A stretch of DNA of 64,000 bases from Desulfobacterales bacterium (GTDB taxonomy: Bacteria; Desulfobacterota; Desulfobacteria; Desulfobacterales; UBA2174): NCBI GenBank assembly GCA_963668645.2, contig CAXXWC010000019.1, positions 352,001 through 416,000 of the forward strand. Reading direction: 5' to 3'. Numbering within the stretch: position 1 is the first letter of the stretch; each line of letters opens with the position of its first letter. Shown here one piece after another: positions 28,390 through 37,361 of the stretch. Both the position numbers and the translations under genes were made by a program. The notes under the pieces were generated by a model. It saw only the letters and a program-made list of their open reading frames with translations, was not told the origin of the DNA and searched no databases.

Positions 28390-28609
28390 AACCTCGCGGT
28401 AAGGCACAAAGTTATGCGCAATTGGGAGGGGCGGTCTTTAGGTGAAGCGGCAAATTTTAGCGGGTTAAAAAAAAGAAATGATGGTCCATTAATGCTATTC
28501 TCCCTGTTTGGAAGAATAGATTTTCAAAAATACAATAAATTGTCAACAGTTCTCCATACAGAAACGGATTTCTGTTAAAAAGTTAAAAAGAATAATGGCG
28601 AGGCATTTT

Positions 28610-29599
28610 TCATTCTCTTTTGGGTTTGTTCCTGTTTTGAAAACGCAGATTCAGAACTCCCGTATTGATAAGCTCTTTGACATAAACGATCGTCGGCAGT
28701 GTCTCGAGTGCTTGGCGTACCCTTTCCTGAGAGGGATGGATGTAGGGTTCGGTGCTGCGGCGGGTTGAAGAATGCCCGAGGATGCTCTGGATGATCAACA
28801 CGTCGACCTGCTTGTCGTTGAGATGGGAAGCCAGGCTGTGGCGCAGGGTGTGGCAGGAGACGTTAAACGGCAGGTTCAGCCCTGAGTGGGTCAGGATTTT
28901 TTTCAGATTGTCCTCCATGGTCCGGATGGCCAGACGGTTTCCCTTTTTGGATACGAACAGGGCCGGAGTCATCCAGTAGTTGAGGAACAATTGCCGGACG
29001 GCCAGGTAGTGGCAGAGCGTTTCGACCAGCTCATCGTTGAGATGAAGGGACCTGGGCTTGCGGCCTTTACCTATGACGTTGATCTTGCGGGATTCGAGAT
29101 CGATGGCGTTCAGATCCAGGCTGTGAACCTCACCTACCCGGAGCCCGAGCTGATACATGAGGGCATAAACAGCGTAGTCACGGATTCCCAGGACGGTTTT
29201 CGTGTCGATTGCGGCAAACAGGGTGTTTATCTGATCGGGGGTCAGGGCCTGGGGGCGACTGCGGTAGCCGGAACGGATTTTCAGGACATCGTAGAAAGGC
29301 AGATCCTTTGCACCCGACGGGTCGCACAGCTTGAGAAAATTGCCGTAGCTTCTCAAGGAGAATATCTTGCGGTTGACAGAAGCGCCGCAGTTGCGCCGTT
29401 GCTTTTTCAGATAATACTGAAAGTCGATGACAGCCGGTCCGTCGATGGCGTCGTAGCCGCCTGTATCGATGAAGTCCTTGAACAGATCCAGGTCGACGCG
29501 GTTGGTTTGCAGGGTCTGCTCGCTGAGGTCGTAGATCTGCCGGCGATAGTGGAAGAAGCGGTCGATGTGGCCGAAAAAGACACCGGGTGTAACGCTCAT
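28610..29599 (-). CDS. Tyrosine recombinase (third gene of trio)
   Basis: RD.A..LMY.LGLRVGE, GKGRKPR, HTLRHS, LGHSS, PYIH; ATGA overlap with the previous gene. Confidence 0.92.
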   Translation of the reverse strand: MSVTPGVFFGHIDRFFHYRRQIYDLSEQTLQTNRVDLDLFKDFIDTGGYDAIDGPAVIDFQYYLKKQRRNCGASVNRKIFSLRSYGNFLKLCDPSGAKDLPFYDVLKIRSGYRSRPQALTPDQINTLFAAIDTKTVLGIRDYAVYALMYQLGLRVGEVHSLDLNAIDLESRKINVIGKGRKPRSLHLNDELVETLCHYLAVRQLFLNYWMTPALFVSKKGNRLAIRTMEDNLKKILTHSGLNLPFNVSCHTLRHSLASHLNDKQVDVLIIQSILGHSSTRRSTEPYIHPSQERVRQALETLPTIVYVKELINTGVLNLRFQNRNKPKRE

Positions 29600-30498
29600 T
29601 GGAACCTTCCTTGGATGGAGACGCAGTCCAGGGCGTTTTGGATCATGTGATCGCAGACATGAACGTAGATGGCCGTATCGCAGATGCTATCATGGCCCAT
29701 CATGGCCTGGATTGCCCACAGGGGGATATGTTTGCGGTACATTTCGGTGGCAAAGCTGTGGCGCAGCATCCTTGGGGTGATGGGCGGATCGCACCCGGCC
29801 TTGCGGGACTGGTCCTTTACCATGCGCTGAAAACGGTTGTTGGAAAGAGCGGTGTAGTATTGGGCCGGGAACATGGGAGCATAGGGCCTGTGGGGGGAGT
29901 CGGGATGGTCCAGGTATTCCACCATGGTGTCAAACAGCCGGCCGACGACAAACAACGCCCGCTACTTTTTGTTTTTACCCCGGATGCGCAGCAGCCCGGT
30001 GCGTGCTGCGTGTCCGGTTTCAAAATCGCGCGCGCAAAGGCCTGTCACCTCGAAGGTTCGCAGACCCAGAGCCCACAGCAGCGAGACCATGGTGAAGTCT
30101 CTGAGCGAACGCCAGGTAGACCGATCGAAGGAATCGAGCAGCCGGAAGGCCTGGTCCGTGGAAGCCGGATTTGTTCTTTGCCGCCGTCGCCGGATGATCA
30201 GCGGCAGGGCCTCGGCGGGATTGGTATTGATGAACCCGGCCCTTCTAACGAAGGCAAAAATGCTTTTGAGGGCGTAGTGGTTGCTTTCGATGCGGCTGGG
30301 CCCCAGGCCTGATTTTTTCAAATGCGTCAGCCATTGCAGCAGGTGTTCGGGTTCAGCCTCAAGGGGATCGATGTGCAGACGGTGTTTTGCGTAGTCAAAG
30401 AAAGCCTTGGCGCCCAGGGCATAGGTTTCGATGGTGGATGGGTCAAAGACGTTGATTTTTTCAAGCTCACTTCGGTATCGTTGGATTAACTGCGGCAT
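29596..30498 (-). pseudogene. Tyrosine recombinase (second gene of trio) with in-frame TAG
   Basis: GGAGG RBS, ATG30498; LGLRTFE, RGKNKK*RALF (TAG at 29964-29962; downstream ORF 29596-29955 is in the same frame), LRHSFAT, MGH, AIYVH. Confidence 0.88.
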
Positions 30499-31364
30499 GG
30501 CACCTCCTGGTTGTAGGGATGTTGGTTCATAAAGGCGGCGAATTGGTCGGGGTTGAGGTGGGTGTATTTGAAGGTGTTTTTTCTCAGGCTGTGGCCGAGG
30601 ACTTCTTGGGTGATTTCGATGCCGGCGGCGCGGTTGAGATGAGTGGCTGCGGTGTGGCGGAACAATCTGGGGTGAAGGGCGTTTTCTATGCCCACAGTGT
30701 CTGCGGCCTTGCGGAAAATCTCCTGGATGGTGCGCGGGCAGATACGCTTTGCGCGTTTGGAGGTCAGCAGGGGACCGGTTCCCATGGTCCCGATATAGGC
30801 ACTGAGGACCACACACAAGGATTTGGGCAGCGCGAGAGAGCGGCAGCGGCGTCCCTTTTCGGTGACCCACAAAAGCCCGGAACCAATATCGACATCGTGG
30901 ACATCGATCATGCACAGGGTCGAGGTTCTCAGCCCCAAGGTGGCCAGCAGCAAGAAGATGACCAGGTTTCTCAGACCGAAAGGACCGTCAGCTTGATCAC
31001 TGAAGTAGCGCACAAGGCGATCCATCTGGCCCTGGGTCAGGAAGGCCGGCACAGTCTTTTCGATCTTTGAATAGGGCAGCTTGGTGGCGATGTTTTCGGC
31101 GACGTGGCCATGCAGGCTCAGGAAATGGTAAAACTGCCGCAGGGTCCAGACACGGGATTTCATCACATGGACGGAAGGCCGCTTGAATTCGCCAACGAAA
31201 TCGGATAGATCCAGATAGGTGATGTCCGTAATGAGTTCAACCTTGCGGATTTTCAGGAAAACACGAAATTCGTGCAATCGGATGGCCAGTGCCTGCTGGG
31301 AGCGCTGGGAGAAATTTGCAAGCTGGCAGTAGTCCAGGAACGAATTGGTGTGACTCTGAAGCAT
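30486..31364 (-). CDS. Tyrosine recombinase (first gene of trio)
   Basis: LRN...LATLGLR, EKGRR, HPRLFRHTAAT, LGH, KYTH. Confidence 0.92.
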   Translation of the reverse strand: MLQSHTNSFLDYCQLANFSQRSQQALAIRLHEFRVFLKIRKVELITDITYLDLSDFVGEFKRPSVHVMKSRVWTLRQFYHFLSLHGHVAENIATKLPYSKIEKTVPAFLTQGQMDRLVRYFSDQADGPFGLRNLVIFLLLATLGLRTSTLCMIDVHDVDIGSGLLWVTEKGRRCRSLALPKSLCVVLSAYIGTMGTGPLLTSKRAKRICPRTIQEIFRKAADTVGIENALHPRLFRHTAATHLNRAAGIEITQEVLGHSLRKNTFKYTHLNPDQFAAFMNQHPYNQEVPCRS

Positions 31365-31465
31365 GACGCCCTTTCCATACCACGGGGGCACGCTTCACCG
31401 TCAACCCCTTGATTTTCAACCCTTCCCCGTCCTCACTGCGGGGTTTGTTGGTTAGGCAAAAAATA

Positions 31466-32032
31466 ATGGAAAAATTTCATAAGGAAATACTTGAAAGACA
31501 TCTCCCGTATCGTATGGTGCATCTTGACGGGCTCTGCTGGGCATGTAACATACTGTTATCAGGGGATACATCTGTCCCCGTCAGTATAATTATCGACGGA
31601 GCTACAAAAAATACAAGCTCTTCTGTTTATTTATTGACAAATCCCTTGGTGGAAGCAGGACTTCTTTACTGTCGTGTATTCCTAGGTTTTTTAGGTATAT
31701 ACTTAAACAGAAATACTCGGCAGCTTGCACAAATCGAGAAACCTGGTAAAGGTGATGATTTTAGTTTAACTAAGTTGGGTCTACCTTCTCTAACTGTTGA
31801 TGACCTTCTTTCAGCACCAACAGGTCGACCTGAAGAAATAGAAGCATCATGTCAGCGTACTCTGTTGTCTACAAACAAAGGTGTAGCTCATTTCACAGAT
31901 TCGGAAACACCTGGATCTCAAGTACATGATGCACTTTGTTGCGCAAATACTGTCATTTGGCTTATAGAGGAATTTGTTTATAAAAAATTGGACATTCCCC
32001 TACCATTTTTTAAATTTTGGACAAATGCCTAA
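31466..32032 (+). CDS. Cassette 4: hypothetical protein (188 aa)
   Basis: ATG just after GTTAGGC; stop TAA lies inside R'' GCCTAAC; AT-rich. Confidence 0.8.
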   Translation: MEKFHKEILERHLPYRMVHLDGLCWACNILLSGDTSVPVSIIIDGATKNTSSSVYLLTNPLVEAGLLYCRVFLGFLGIYLNRNTRQLAQIEKPGKGDDFSLTKLGLPSLTVDDLLSAPTGRPEEIEASCQRTLLSTNKGVAHFTDSETPGSQVHDALCCANTVIWLIEEFVYKKLDIPLPFFKFWTNA

Positions 32033-32147
32033 CAAAAGTTTACAGACCGACCGCCATCGCGCTTTTGCAAGCGTCTAGTTGGTCATTCTTGTCGAACAAA
32101 TCTTTAACACATAATCCGTGTAGGTGGCGGCTGAAACTCGGTTAGCA
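32027..32147 (+). other. attC site 4 (long form)
   Basis: R'' GCCTAAC (complement of GTTAGGC at 31451), GTTT-A-CAG/CTGAAAC and CCGCCA/TGGCGG pairing, R' GTTAGCA. Confidence 0.82.
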
Positions 32148-32157
32148 AGGAAATATC

Positions 32158-33009
32158 ATGAAATACCGTAAAGGGCTAGTCTATTTTATTGACGTTCTGG
32201 GAACAAAGAATAGTAATTTTGATGAGCTATACAAAATTGCGAATATATTCCACAATGAACTTGGAAATACCCAAAGTAGACACAATCCAAATTCAGTCGG
32301 AGACAGACATGTAATGGGATTCTCCGATTGTGCTTACATCATTTACTCACTCAAAAATGATCATTTGGGAAACGAAGATGTGCGTTTAAAATACATTTAC
32401 ACAAGTATATACAACACAGCATTAATGCTGAATATTTTCACCAATAACGGATTTTTATGCCGTGGAGGTGTTTGCTACGATGATCTATATTATGAAAAAG
32501 ATAGAAATGTCATATTTGGACCGGCTGTAAATCAATCATATTTGCTTGAATCAAAACATGCTGTGGTTCCTAGAATATTATTGTCTGACGAGTTAGCAAA
32601 AGACATTTTGCAATTTGATGAAAAATTAAAAAAAGAAACACCTTTAGCTGTTCAAAACGGAAATATTTTGATGCAAGACCCTGCGGATAACAAATTTTTT
32701 ATTAATTATCTTAATATGTTTTATCAGCATAAAGAATTTGGGGCAGGCAGTTGTCACTTGGTGTTGAAAGATCTTTTTGAACTTTCAAGCCATAGTTCAC
32801 AAAGAATAATCGATGACCTTACAGAAAAAATTGCTACATGTGAGGAAGGCAAACAAAGCTCATTAGTGAATATTCTTGAAAAACATAAGTGGCAATTATG
32901 GTACTTAACGTCGGCTTTAACTTTCCTAAACTCTGCTCCTCCGCCTTTAACTGAACAAGAGTTGATGGAAATGTTTATGAAACAGAATTGCTATCGGGAT
33001 AGGGAGTGA
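32158..33009 (+). CDS. Cassette 5: class III nucleotide-cyclase-like fold protein
   Basis: FIDVLG, FSDC, RGGV..D, IFGPAVNQSY.LE, PRILL pattern. The last five residues derive from the intron. Confidence 0.62.
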   Translation: MKYRKGLVYFIDVLGTKNSNFDELYKIANIFHNELGNTQSRHNPNSVGDRHVMGFSDCAYIIYSLKNDHLGNEDVRLKYIYTSIYNTALMLNIFTNNGFLCRGGVCYDDLYYEKDRNVIFGPAVNQSYLLESKHAVVPRILLSDELAKDILQFDEKLKKETPLAVQNGNILMQDPADNKFFINYLNMFYQHKEFGAGSCHLVLKDLFELSSHSSQRIIDDLTEKIATCEEGKQSSLVNILEKHKWQLWYLTSALTFLNSAPPPLTEQELMEMFMKQNCYRDRE

Positions 33010-33082
33010 CCTCACGGCCACCCCCTCCCACACCACCCGGCATACGGATCGCGTACCAAGGCGGTTCGGCTGATCAGGAAGG

Positions 33083-33903
33083 TTAATTTCCGGGAAGGTA
33101 TAATCCTTTCTCGATGAAATAGCGCTCCGGCATTGCGATGACGACCCACTTGACCTTGCTCATCCGCCAGTGTTTCTTGCGGGCATTCCCGCAGGTCATG
33201 GCATGCGCGTGGTCGATACCGAGCTTTTCGAGATTGTGTACTTTGGTTCTCGGCTTCTTCCACTGTTTCCAGACGAGACAGCGAAGCCGCCTGATGATCC
33301 AGGTTTTCAGTGCTTTCAGTATGTGCCTGGCTTCGGCGAGGCGGAAGTAATTCCACCACCCTCTGAGGTACATGTTCAGCTCTTTGACAACCTGGTGCAA
33401 GCTTTTCCCACAGTTCCGGCCCGTCAGTTCCCGGACCCGACGCTTGAACCGCTCAATGGTTTTGGCGTGGATTCGGATTTTCGACTGGCCGTACATGTGG
33501 AAAAACGTAAATCCGAGGAACTTGCGCAACCACGGACGACTGACAGCGCTTTTCTCCTCGTTTACCTTGAGCCTGAGTCTGACGGTCAAGAACCTGGTGA
33601 TGCTCGCGTACACCCGGTCGGCCGCTTTGAGGCTTTTACAGTAGATTCTGAAGTCGTCGGCGTATCTGACGAATTTGTGCCCTCTGGCTTCCAATTCCTT
33701 ATCCAGTTCGTCCAGGACGACATTGGAAAGTAGTGGTGACAGCGGTCCGCCCTGGGGCGTGCCTTCGTCAGTATAGATCACCACACCGTTGATCATCGTT
33801 CCGGCGTTCAGGTACCCGCGGATCAACTTCAGTACACGTTTGTCCGCTATCCTGGACGCCAGCCGACTCATCAGCCGGTCGTGGTTGACCCGGTCGAAGA
33901 AAA
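33083..33903 (-). pseudogene. ltrA: Group II intron reverse transcriptase/maturase, C-terminal part
   Basis: FFDRVNH, GTPQGGPLSPLLSN, RYADD, FLGF, LRGWWNYF; no endonuclease domain (class C-like); N-terminus separated. Confidence 0.9.
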
Positions 33904-34410
33904 CCACGATACACTACCCGTATCGAAGACGTCCCCTCAAGGGTAACCATCCTGAGACACCACCACCCCCTGGACGGGCAGACTTTAGACGTTTTCAGCC
34001 ATATCCACCGCCACGGCGTCTTACACTTGACGCTTACGCTGCCTGACGGCAGCCGATCATTGATTCCTGCCCACTGGACCGATTTTGCTCCACAGGAAAA
34101 GACCTGCTTGACAGAAGGAACCATTGGAACCGTTTTGGAACTCCTCGCAATTCGCAAAGTCGTTGACGCCCTCCTCCGCAGACTGGGTCCTCCAGAGAAA
34201 CTACCTGTGAACCTGTCAAAGGAGGAAAGGCGCCATGCACAAGCAGATGACCCTTTGGCCCAAACCCGAATCGGAGATTTGGCCACAGGTCCATCCCGAC
34301 ACGCGGAAAATTCTTATCAGAACTCTGGCCAGACTCATCGTGAAAGTGCTCCGTCCGAAGAGTCCCAGCGAGCGCAAGGAGGTCGGTCATGGGTTCCAAT
34401 GAAAAAATAA
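33904..34410 (+). CDS. Small accessory ORF region of a serine-recombinase element (DUF5372/y4bD-like); start uncertain
   Basis: HHPLDGQTLDV...LTLPDGSRSLIPAHWTD pattern directly upstream of a recombinase gene. Confidence 0.5.
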   Translation, partial: PRYTTRIEDVPSRVTILRHHHPLDGQTLDVFSHIHRHGVLHLTLTLPDGSRSLIPAHWTDFAPQEKTCLTEGTIGTVLELLAIRKVVDALLRRLGPPEKLPVNLSKEERRHAQADDPLAQTRIGDLATGPSRHAENSYQNSGQTHRESAPSEESQRAQGGRSWVPMKK

Positions 34411-34721
34411 ATGCAACTCATCTCCAGCGCTTCGCTTATGTCTACGTACGCCAATCCAGCACCGCACAAGTCCAGCACAACCGCGAGTCCACTGAGCGCC
34501 AGTACAACTTGGCCGGGCGGGCTGCCCAGCTCGGTTGGCTCCCATCACAGGTGCAAATTATCGACGACGACCTCGCCCGCTCGGGCTCTAACGCTACCGA
34601 ACGAGGCGGCTTTGCTAAAATGACCACCGAGGTGGCCCTGGGGCATGTGGGCCTGATCCTTTCCATCGAGGTCTCCAGGGTGGCTCGCAATAACGCCGAT
34701 TGGTATCGACTCCTCGACCTG
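34389..34721 (+). pseudogene. Large serine recombinase, N-terminal fragment
   Basis: AYVYVRQSS, ESTERQY, IDDDLARSG, EVSRVARNNADWYRLLDL, then an abrupt switch to unrelated AT-rich sequence. Confidence 0.85.
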
Positions 34722-34838
34722 CTCCGAAAGGGGTCGGACCATGAAATAAAGAATAAATCAATAAGGTTAGATAAAATAATGGCCCGAAAACGACCCAATA
34801 TTCGCGTTTTTGGGTCTAAAAAGGATGATTTACCCTTT

Positions 34839-34960
34839 CCCTTGTTGGCCTTGATGACCCGTTTCCATGCACAAAGCATGTTTTCCCGGGATAAAATCGG
34901 CTCCTGCAGGTAATCGTCCGGCTTGGGCGGTTCTACAACGCGCGACTCGACACTCCACCG
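34839..34960 (-). pseudogene. Group II intron RT N-terminal remnant
   Basis: ILSRENMLCAWKRV.KANKG (RT0), cut off before the usual APGVDG. Start not resolved. Confidence 0.75.
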
Positions 34961-35574
34961 GGCGGTCTCGTCGTGTAATGCCAGCTCATGAAGGCTCCTT
35001 GCCTGTTTTGCGTTCGGTCCTTCAGCGGGGTGAGTCCTGCGCGATATCCTCCAGCAGCGTGCTGGTTCACGCCTCGTTTCCAGCCGATGTGCTACCATAT
35101 CGGCGTCCTGCGCCTACTATGACATCTGCTGACTCCTGTCAGGTCACCCTGACCGTTACCGGACAGGCCGCTGCCCGAGGGCCGCATGCCTGACAGGTCT
35201 TCTCGGATAAGGACGTGAACTGTCGCTGCACAACCGCATCATTTACCCTATCTCCTGAACCCGGGGCTTTGCCATGTTGTGCTGGCTTACCCGCAGGCTG
35301 GGCCTTGTATGATGTTTCTGTTCCCCGGATCCGATCCGGGGCAGGCTTGGCTCACAGCTTTGCGCTCGGGCTTCCTTCGAACGCCCCCTCGCGGGAACGC
35401 CCTTGCCGGCGGCTAATGCTTATGCTAATGATTACGATCATTAACAGGGTTCACACACAGGGGTCTTGCACCCCATTAGTTCACTCCCGTGTCGGCCGTA
35501 TACCACATCCTCCAGGTACCTCGGTTCCTTCGCGCCTAGGGCCGGCCGTTCTCGAGACGTTGGAGGAAACGACT

Positions 35575-36483
35575 ATGCTTAATATCAACAAAAAAGATCT
35601 GCACGCCACAATCCAGCAACTGGAGCAAGCTATTTATAACCATGAGCAATGGACCAAGGATCTCACCCGGACCATCATATGTCGCTTACCTTATGATACC
35701 CGTGAAATAACAGATGATGCATATCGCCAGTGCCGCTTCGGCCAGTGGTATTACAGTTCACCGCCTGATGGGCTTCTGGATCACCCGGCATTTTTAGCAA
35801 TCGAGTCCGCTCACCGCCGCTTACACCAGTTTGCGGCACGATTGCTCCTTTCTGCGACAAATGATTCAAGATCACCAAATGACTATGACAGTTTCATAAA
35901 TGCTGCCGACAGCATGCATCTTGAAATATATTCACTTAAGCATGAACTCGAAGAATTACTCAATAACAGCGATGCATTGACAGGTGCTGAAAACCGGAAT
36001 TGCATGCTTACCCGATTGCGAGAACTACATGAGTTGGTCAAACGCGGAGTTCAGGAATGCGGTATCGCGATCATGGACTTGGATCACTTCAAAAAAGTCA
36101 ACGATACTTATGGCCACTCCGCCGGCGATAAAGTACTCGTAGCCTGGGTGAACCATATCAGGCAATATATAAGGCCATATGATCGAGTATACCGATATGG
36201 TGGTGAAGAATTTCTGCTATCATTTCCGAGCACCAAACTTCATTCAGTCTCGGATATAATTGAACGTTTACGCAGCGGGATCTCTGTAATTGACATCGGA
36301 TCAGGCCAAACAGAACCGCTCAAAGTCACTGCATCGTTCGGCATTACCATGCTTGATCCGAGCGTCAGCGTTGAGGTGTCGATCGATCGCGCCGATATCG
36401 CATTATATACAGCCAAAAAGTCGGGGCGTGACCAAAGCTGTATCTGGGATTCTACAATGACATCCATCCAGGAGATCGGATAG
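35575..36483 (+). CDS. Diguanylate cyclase with CZB zinc-binding domain (DgcZ-like)
   Basis: GGAGG RBS before ATG35575; HEQW, CRFGQWYY, HRRLH; DALTG, DLDHFKKVNDTYGH, RYGGEEF. Confidence 0.9.
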   Translation: MLNINKKDLHATIQQLEQAIYNHEQWTKDLTRTIICRLPYDTREITDDAYRQCRFGQWYYSSPPDGLLDHPAFLAIESAHRRLHQFAARLLLSATNDSRSPNDYDSFINAADSMHLEIYSLKHELEELLNNSDALTGAENRNCMLTRLRELHELVKRGVQECGIAIMDLDHFKKVNDTYGHSAGDKVLVAWVNHIRQYIRPYDRVYRYGGEEFLLSFPSTKLHSVSDIIERLRSGISVIDIGSGQTEPLKVTASFGITMLDPSVSVEVSIDRADIALYTAKKSGRDQSCIWDSTMTSIQEIG

Positions 36484-36572
36484 AAAAAACGCCACGTGCC
36501 CGTTAAACTTGGTTGAACCAAACAGCTTACGAAAAAGGGTCATGCCACATTTAAAGACAATGGGTCATAAAC

Positions 36573-37361
36573 ATGAAATCCAGAAAAGCGCAGCTCATTT
36601 TATTTGTCGTGATTTCCTACGCCTATCTGTGGCTCCTGTTTGGAATTGGAAGGCTGTTTGACGTCAAATTTTCCTATAACATCCGAGAAGCAGGAGGAAT
36701 TTTTCTCCTTTTCGGGATTCCCGCGTCCCTGTTTGCAGCGACTTTTGTGACGCTGACAACCCAAGGAAAGAGCGCTCTATGCCGACTGCTCAGCACTTCA
36801 TTAAATTGGCGTTTCAGCCCGAAATGGTATCTGTCCGCATTGCTGACACCTCTGCTGGTAGCCTTCGCAAGCGGGATCGCGGCAGTCTGGATTGATGGCA
36901 TCGAAATGGCCCAGAGCTGGTTCTCACCGTCCATGCCACTCGGGATCATGCTCGTCTTATTGGTATATATCGGCCTTGGTGAAGAAATCGGCTGGAGAGG
37001 GTTTGCGCTGCCGCGGTTTCAAGAGAGCTTTGGGGTACTCGGAGGCAGCATTGCCACGGGCGTATTCTGGGCGCTTTGGCACTTGCCCCTGTTCTTGATG
37101 CCGGGCTCATCCCAATACGGTCATTCGGTGCTTCTTTTCATCTATCTGCTTACTTGCTGGACCATTCCAATGGCTGTATTTGTCGACAAATCTGGAGGCA
37201 GTGTCATCCCTGCCATCCTTTTTCATGTGTCAGTGAACTTTCTGGCGTTTTCGATCCGATATCCATATCGGCATTTTTATTTGTTTTGGGGGATCACCGC
37301 CACCATTGCGGCGGTATTCCTTCCAAGATCATTATCCAGGAAGAAAAAACGTTTCGCTTAA
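36573..37361 (+). CDS. CPBP/CAAX (Abi-family) intramembrane metalloprotease
   Basis: GEEIGWRG, WALWHLP, AILFH..N; multiple TM helices. Confidence 0.9.
   Translation: MKSRKAQLILFVVISYAYLWLLFGIGRLFDVKFSYNIREAGGIFLLFGIPASLFAATFVTLTTQGKSALCRLLSTSLNWRFSPKWYLSALLTPLLVAFASGIAAVWIDGIEMAQSWFSPSMPLGIMLVLLVYIGLGEEIGWRGFALPRFQESFGVLGGSIATGVFWALWHLPLFLMPGSSQYGHSVLLFIYLLTCWTIPMAVFVDKSGGSVIPAILFHVSVNFLAFSIRYPYRHFYLFWGITATIAAVFLPRSLSRKKKRFA

Larger units (their letters stand above)
28390..31451 (-). mobile_element. Three-tyrosine-recombinase (RIT-like) element inserted in attC3
   Basis: Three overlapping recombinase genes; terminal imperfect IRs AACCTCGCGGTAAGG (28390-28404) and CCTCACTGCGGGGTT (31431-31445), 12/15 match; removing 28390-31451 restores a complete attC. 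Confidence 0.85.
32993..35501 (-). mobile_element. Group IIC-attC intron (degraded), antisense to the array, inserted in R'' of attC5
   Basis: Minus-strand domain V GAACCGCC...GGTGG (CGC triad) and 3' end CTCCCTATCCCGAT abut TTGCTA; 5' end ATACGGCCGACACGGGAGTG abuts AC. Rejoining gives TTGCTAAC, the complement of GTTAGCAA at 32141. Junction uncertain by 1 nt. Confidence 0.88.

Noticed and set aside
29962..29964. Pyrrolysine or programmed amber read-through
   Set aside because: No pyl genes or supporting context in the window; a nonsense mutation is simpler.
26106..32147. CRISPR array or simple terminators
   Set aside because: The hairpins are spaced by whole genes and carry R''/R' cores, so they are attC sites; no repeat-spacer array or cas gene is visible in the window.
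33083..33907. Retron, DGR or defence-associated RT
   Set aside because: Domain V/VI RNA directly follows the ORF and the motifs are group II maturase type.
34722..34913. C-terminus of ORF 34389-34913 as a genuine short resolvase
   Set aside because: Recombinase similarity stops at LLDL; the rest is read-through into unrelated DNA and antisense RT sequence.
35215..35574. 120-aa N-terminal extension of the diguanylate cyclase
   Set aside because: It is antisense intron RNA and attC remnant; the RBS points to ATG35575.
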